Below, one piece after another: positions 60,743 to 64,000 of a DNA stretch of 64,000 bases (positions are counted from its first letter, which is position 1; every line of letters starts with the position of its first letter). A model generated the notes under the pieces. That model searched no databases. It saw nothing but the letters and a program-made list of their open reading frames with translations, and had not been told where the DNA came from. Made by a program: the position numbers and the translations under genes. This DNA comes from Torpedo marmorata (taxonomy: Eukaryota). The DNA lies in contig OZ360225.1 in the NCBI GenBank assembly GCA_977017645.1, positions 170,562,001 through 170,626,000 of the forward strand. Direction: 5' to 3'.

Positions 60743-61357
60743 TATTGAGTATAGGAGTTGGGATGTTATGGTAAAGTTGTATAAGACATTGGTGAGGCCA
60801 AGTTTGGAGTATTGTGTGTAGTTTTGGTCACCTAACTACAGGAAACATATCAAAACGTAGAAAAAGCACTGAGAAGATTTACTAGGATATTGCCCGGACT
60901 TCAGGAACTGAGTTACAGGGAAAGGTTAAACAGGTTAGGACTTTATTCCCTGGAGCGTGGAAGAATGAGGGGAGATTTGATAGAGGTATTTAAAATTATG
61001 AGGGGGATAGACAGAGTAAATGTAGATAGGCTTTTTCCACTGAGGGTAGGTGAGATACAAACCAGAGGACATGGGTTAAGAGTGCAAGGGGAAAATTTAG
61101 GGGGAACATGAGGGGGAACTTCTTCACACAGATAGTGGTGGGAGTGTGGAACGAGCTTCCAGCTGAAGTGGTGAATGCGGGCTCAATTTTAACATTTAAG
61201 AAGAATTTGGACAGGTACATGGATGGGAGAGGTATGGAGGGCTATGAACTGGGTGCAGGTCAGTGGGACTAGGCAAAAAAAATGATTCGGCATAGGCTAG
61301 AAGGGCCGAAGGGTCTTGTTTCTGAGCTGTAATGTTCTATGGTTCTATGGTTTAGAG

Positions 61358-61733
61358 CAGTGGTTTTCAAACTACCCCCATAAACTCAAATTCCACCTTA
61401 AGTAGTCACTATGCCATAAGTGCTTTGTGATTAGTAAGGGATTGCTTAAGGTGGTATGTGAGTGGAAAGAAGAAGGTTTGAAAACCACTGTTTTAACCGT
61501 ACCTAATTGACTCGTTATGTGCACGGTTTCATAACTCCAAAGGAAATGAGCCAATGACAATTTTTCTCAAGCGAAATATTTCAGTAACAATTGGGTCTAG
61601 AGCAGTGGTTCTCAACCTTCCCTTCCCACTCACAAACCACCATAAGCAATCCCTTACTAATCACAGAGCACTTATGGCATAGGGATTGCTTAAGGTGGAA
61701 TGTGAGCTTAGGGGGGCAGTTTGAAAACCACTG
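61358..61733. mobile_element. Composite hAT MITE (second copy)
   Basis: Same two-unit structure as 38900-39256; perfect 8-bp TSD gtttagag. Confidence 0.9.
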
Positions 61734-62514
61734 GTTTAGAGGATCTCGCACTCCTCCCAATAACCTTAATTGTGAGTTAAAATATTATTGAAGTCGTGAA
61801 AATCCTGATACTCTACTGTGGATTTATTAATTGAAATGTTTCATTCTTTAATTTTTTAGTTACTGATCCTACTGATGGGAATAAATTTGATGGTTAGTTT
61901 TAGATAAAAATGTGATCACTTCCATAGAAGATCAAATTGAATGGCAGGAGGAAAACAATCAAGTTGGAGATACCAGCTAAGGACTTACTAAAAGATCTCT
62001 GACCACCCTGGTCCCTCTGATCCTGCACAACTATGCTTTACAAATGTGCCATTTCATCACCATTGTTTCTTGTACTGTCATTGCATTTCTATAGTTCTCT
62101 ATACAAATGTTATCTGCCACTTGTTTGTCCATCCTACCAGCCTATATATGTCCTTTTGCATTGCATTAATACCTTTTACAAATGGTGTTGTTCATACATT
62201 TAGAGACGTTACCCAACACATCCACTTTAAAAGAAAGTCATCCCGGCAATGATCCCTGGACTCATTCTCCAGTCTGAAAAAAAAACATGATTTACCTCCA
62301 CTCTCTGCCTTTAAGCCAATTTCCTATTGGTGCTACTATTGACCCTACATTTTCTCTACTCTCACTTTTACTAGTCATTCTTTACTGTGGGACTTCATCA
62401 AGTTGCTTCTGAAAGTTAACACTGACTACATTCCTTTCATCAACCTTTTCTCATTTTTTTTGATGAGGTAACCATTAGGTAAGTCAAACCCATGTTGTCT
62501 TTCACAAAACAGTA

Positions 62515-63055
62515 GGCCCTTTTATAGTGCAAAAAAAGCGATTGTAAATACAGAACATTCCTGTCTTTAAGTCACTTCACTTACCTCCATAAAAGGTCCG
62601 ATGGCGGATTGGCCAGTCGAACTCCGATCCGCCTAGGGGGGTACACACAGAGGTGGAGTGAATCACTCCACTTCCTCCATAAAACGAATGCCGCTGAAAG
62701 CGGCTGCAAAGGGGAGGGCTGATGACATCACGATGACGTCGTCAGCCCCCGACCCAGGAGCGTGAATTGTAAAAACTCATATGGTTAATAGAGGCTATTA
62801 CGCTATGCAGGAGATCTGCCTGAGTCCTAAGACTGCTTGCACAGATCTCCACCAGCGCTCTTACCTGCTCTTCAGTCGCCATTTTCGGGTATAGGCTGCT
62901 TTCCCTTCTCGGCATGTATGTTTGATGTCATGGTGGCGGGCAGTGCTACTGCACCACTCGCCCCGCCTCCCTCAGCTCGGGAAGCTGGCTCCCGATGCAG
63001 CTCAGCATAAAGGCAACGCTGGATACGCCATATAGGTTGTCACCATAAAAAGTAA
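62515..63055. mobile_element. Possible CpG-rich non-autonomous DNA transposon
   Basis: GC/CpG-rich block with internal palindromes (ggagtgaatcactcc; gggctgatgacatc..gatgacgtcgtcagccc); termini not firmly defined. Confidence 0.35.
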
Positions 63056-64000
63056 TTTCACCTTTTTTTTTTACTTGAGCCGGCTTTATTGCAGCATTTA
63101 AGCATAAAAAGGGTTACTGTTAAAGTTGGGAGAATACGGGTATCAGACAAGATGAAACAGGATGATGCATTTGCCCAAGATAAATTAAAAGCTTATGGCA
63201 ACCTGATAGAAACATTTAACAATATGAATCACTTGGATGGTAAAAGAGGAGAGAATGATTCTCACTTGATTCTAAAAACATAAATAAAACAAAAAAAAAC
63301 TGGAAATAATAGCAATTAGAAATAAAATGGAAAATGATGGAATTCCTCAACAAATCAGGCAGCAATCAAAGAGAAACAAAGTGCACATTTTAGGCCAATG
63401 AACTTTCTTCAGAACTATGAGAAATTGGAAATCAAATAGATTTTGGATTGGATAGAAGGAGAGGTGGAGGGAACGTCCCTAAAAAGGGTGGAGACCAAGA
63501 GAGAGTGAATGACGCAAATGGTAATAACAGAGAGGATGGCAAAGTTTGGTTTGGAGGAAATGTAAAGAGGAAATGAATGAGAACAGAGGAGAGAGAAGAA
63601 TGCTGGAACTGCAAGATATAAAATACTGAGATGCTGGAAATGTGAATTAAGGGAGAATATTGGAAATATGCAGCAGGCTAGGCAGCATCCATGAAAAGAG
63701 AAAAATAGAGAATTAGTGTTACAAGTTGATGACCTTGCATCAGAACGGCTGGCAACATGGAAAGGATGGTTATCTGAAGCTGACAAAGTTGCAATGTGCT
63801 TTTTAGAAGATGAGAGGCTGTCCGCTGAGCTTAGGTTTGACTTCACTGCGTCAGTATTAGAGGTCAAGAGCAGAGGTCCGAGGAGGTGTGAGATAGAGAT
63901 TTAAAGTCATAGTTAACTACAAACTCAAGACACCCTGGAAGATTGAACAAGGGAGCTCTGCAAAGCACACTTTTTTTTTTGCTTCTCCAATTTAGACAAG

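Larger units (their letters stand above)
58490..61349 (+). mobile_element. CR1 LINE with 5' UTR/ORF1 remnant, large internal deletion and RT 3' half, carrying two nested insertions
   Basis: ORF1 zinc-finger/leucine zipper (CSSCRMW..CKKC..LELELDELR); RT motifs (YMDFSKAFDKVP, GVPQG); (ttctatgg)n tail. Confidence 0.9.

Noticed and set aside
57500-64000. Search for further upstream SLC22 exons
   Set aside because: No convincing exon with SLC22 motifs and splice sites was found; the region is mostly retroelements.

Overview
Vertebrate genomic DNA, most likely from a cartilaginous fish (shark or ray), judged from its repeat complement: tRNA-headed HE1/V-type SINEs, CR1, Rex1/Babar and L1 LINEs, and Penelope-like elements. 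Two real genes are visible. XIRP1 (Xin actin-binding repeat protein 1) has a single 7.8-kb coding exon on the + strand (22572-30371). An SLC22 organic-ion transporter (SLC22A13-like) has its last six coding exons on the - strand (55029 to 44742), all with GT-AG boundaries and consistent phases. Between the two genes lies a decayed, intronless coiled-coil coding region of about 3.5 kb. It carries an intronless MIPOL1-derived segment whose blocks are in permuted order (C-terminal block before N-terminal block, in frame, no poly(A)), the pattern expected from a retrotransposed circular RNA. This is the most interesting observation. Most other ORFs are transposon fragments or noise. Mobile-element highlights: Penelope termini carrying hammerhead-like motifs, a hAT MITE size series including a composite two-MITE element, a solo LTR, a TG..CA element with 32-bp terminal inverted repeats, and a 253-bp inverted duplication upstream of the XIRP1 coding exon. 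All homology calls are from recalled protein and repeat motifs, not database searches.
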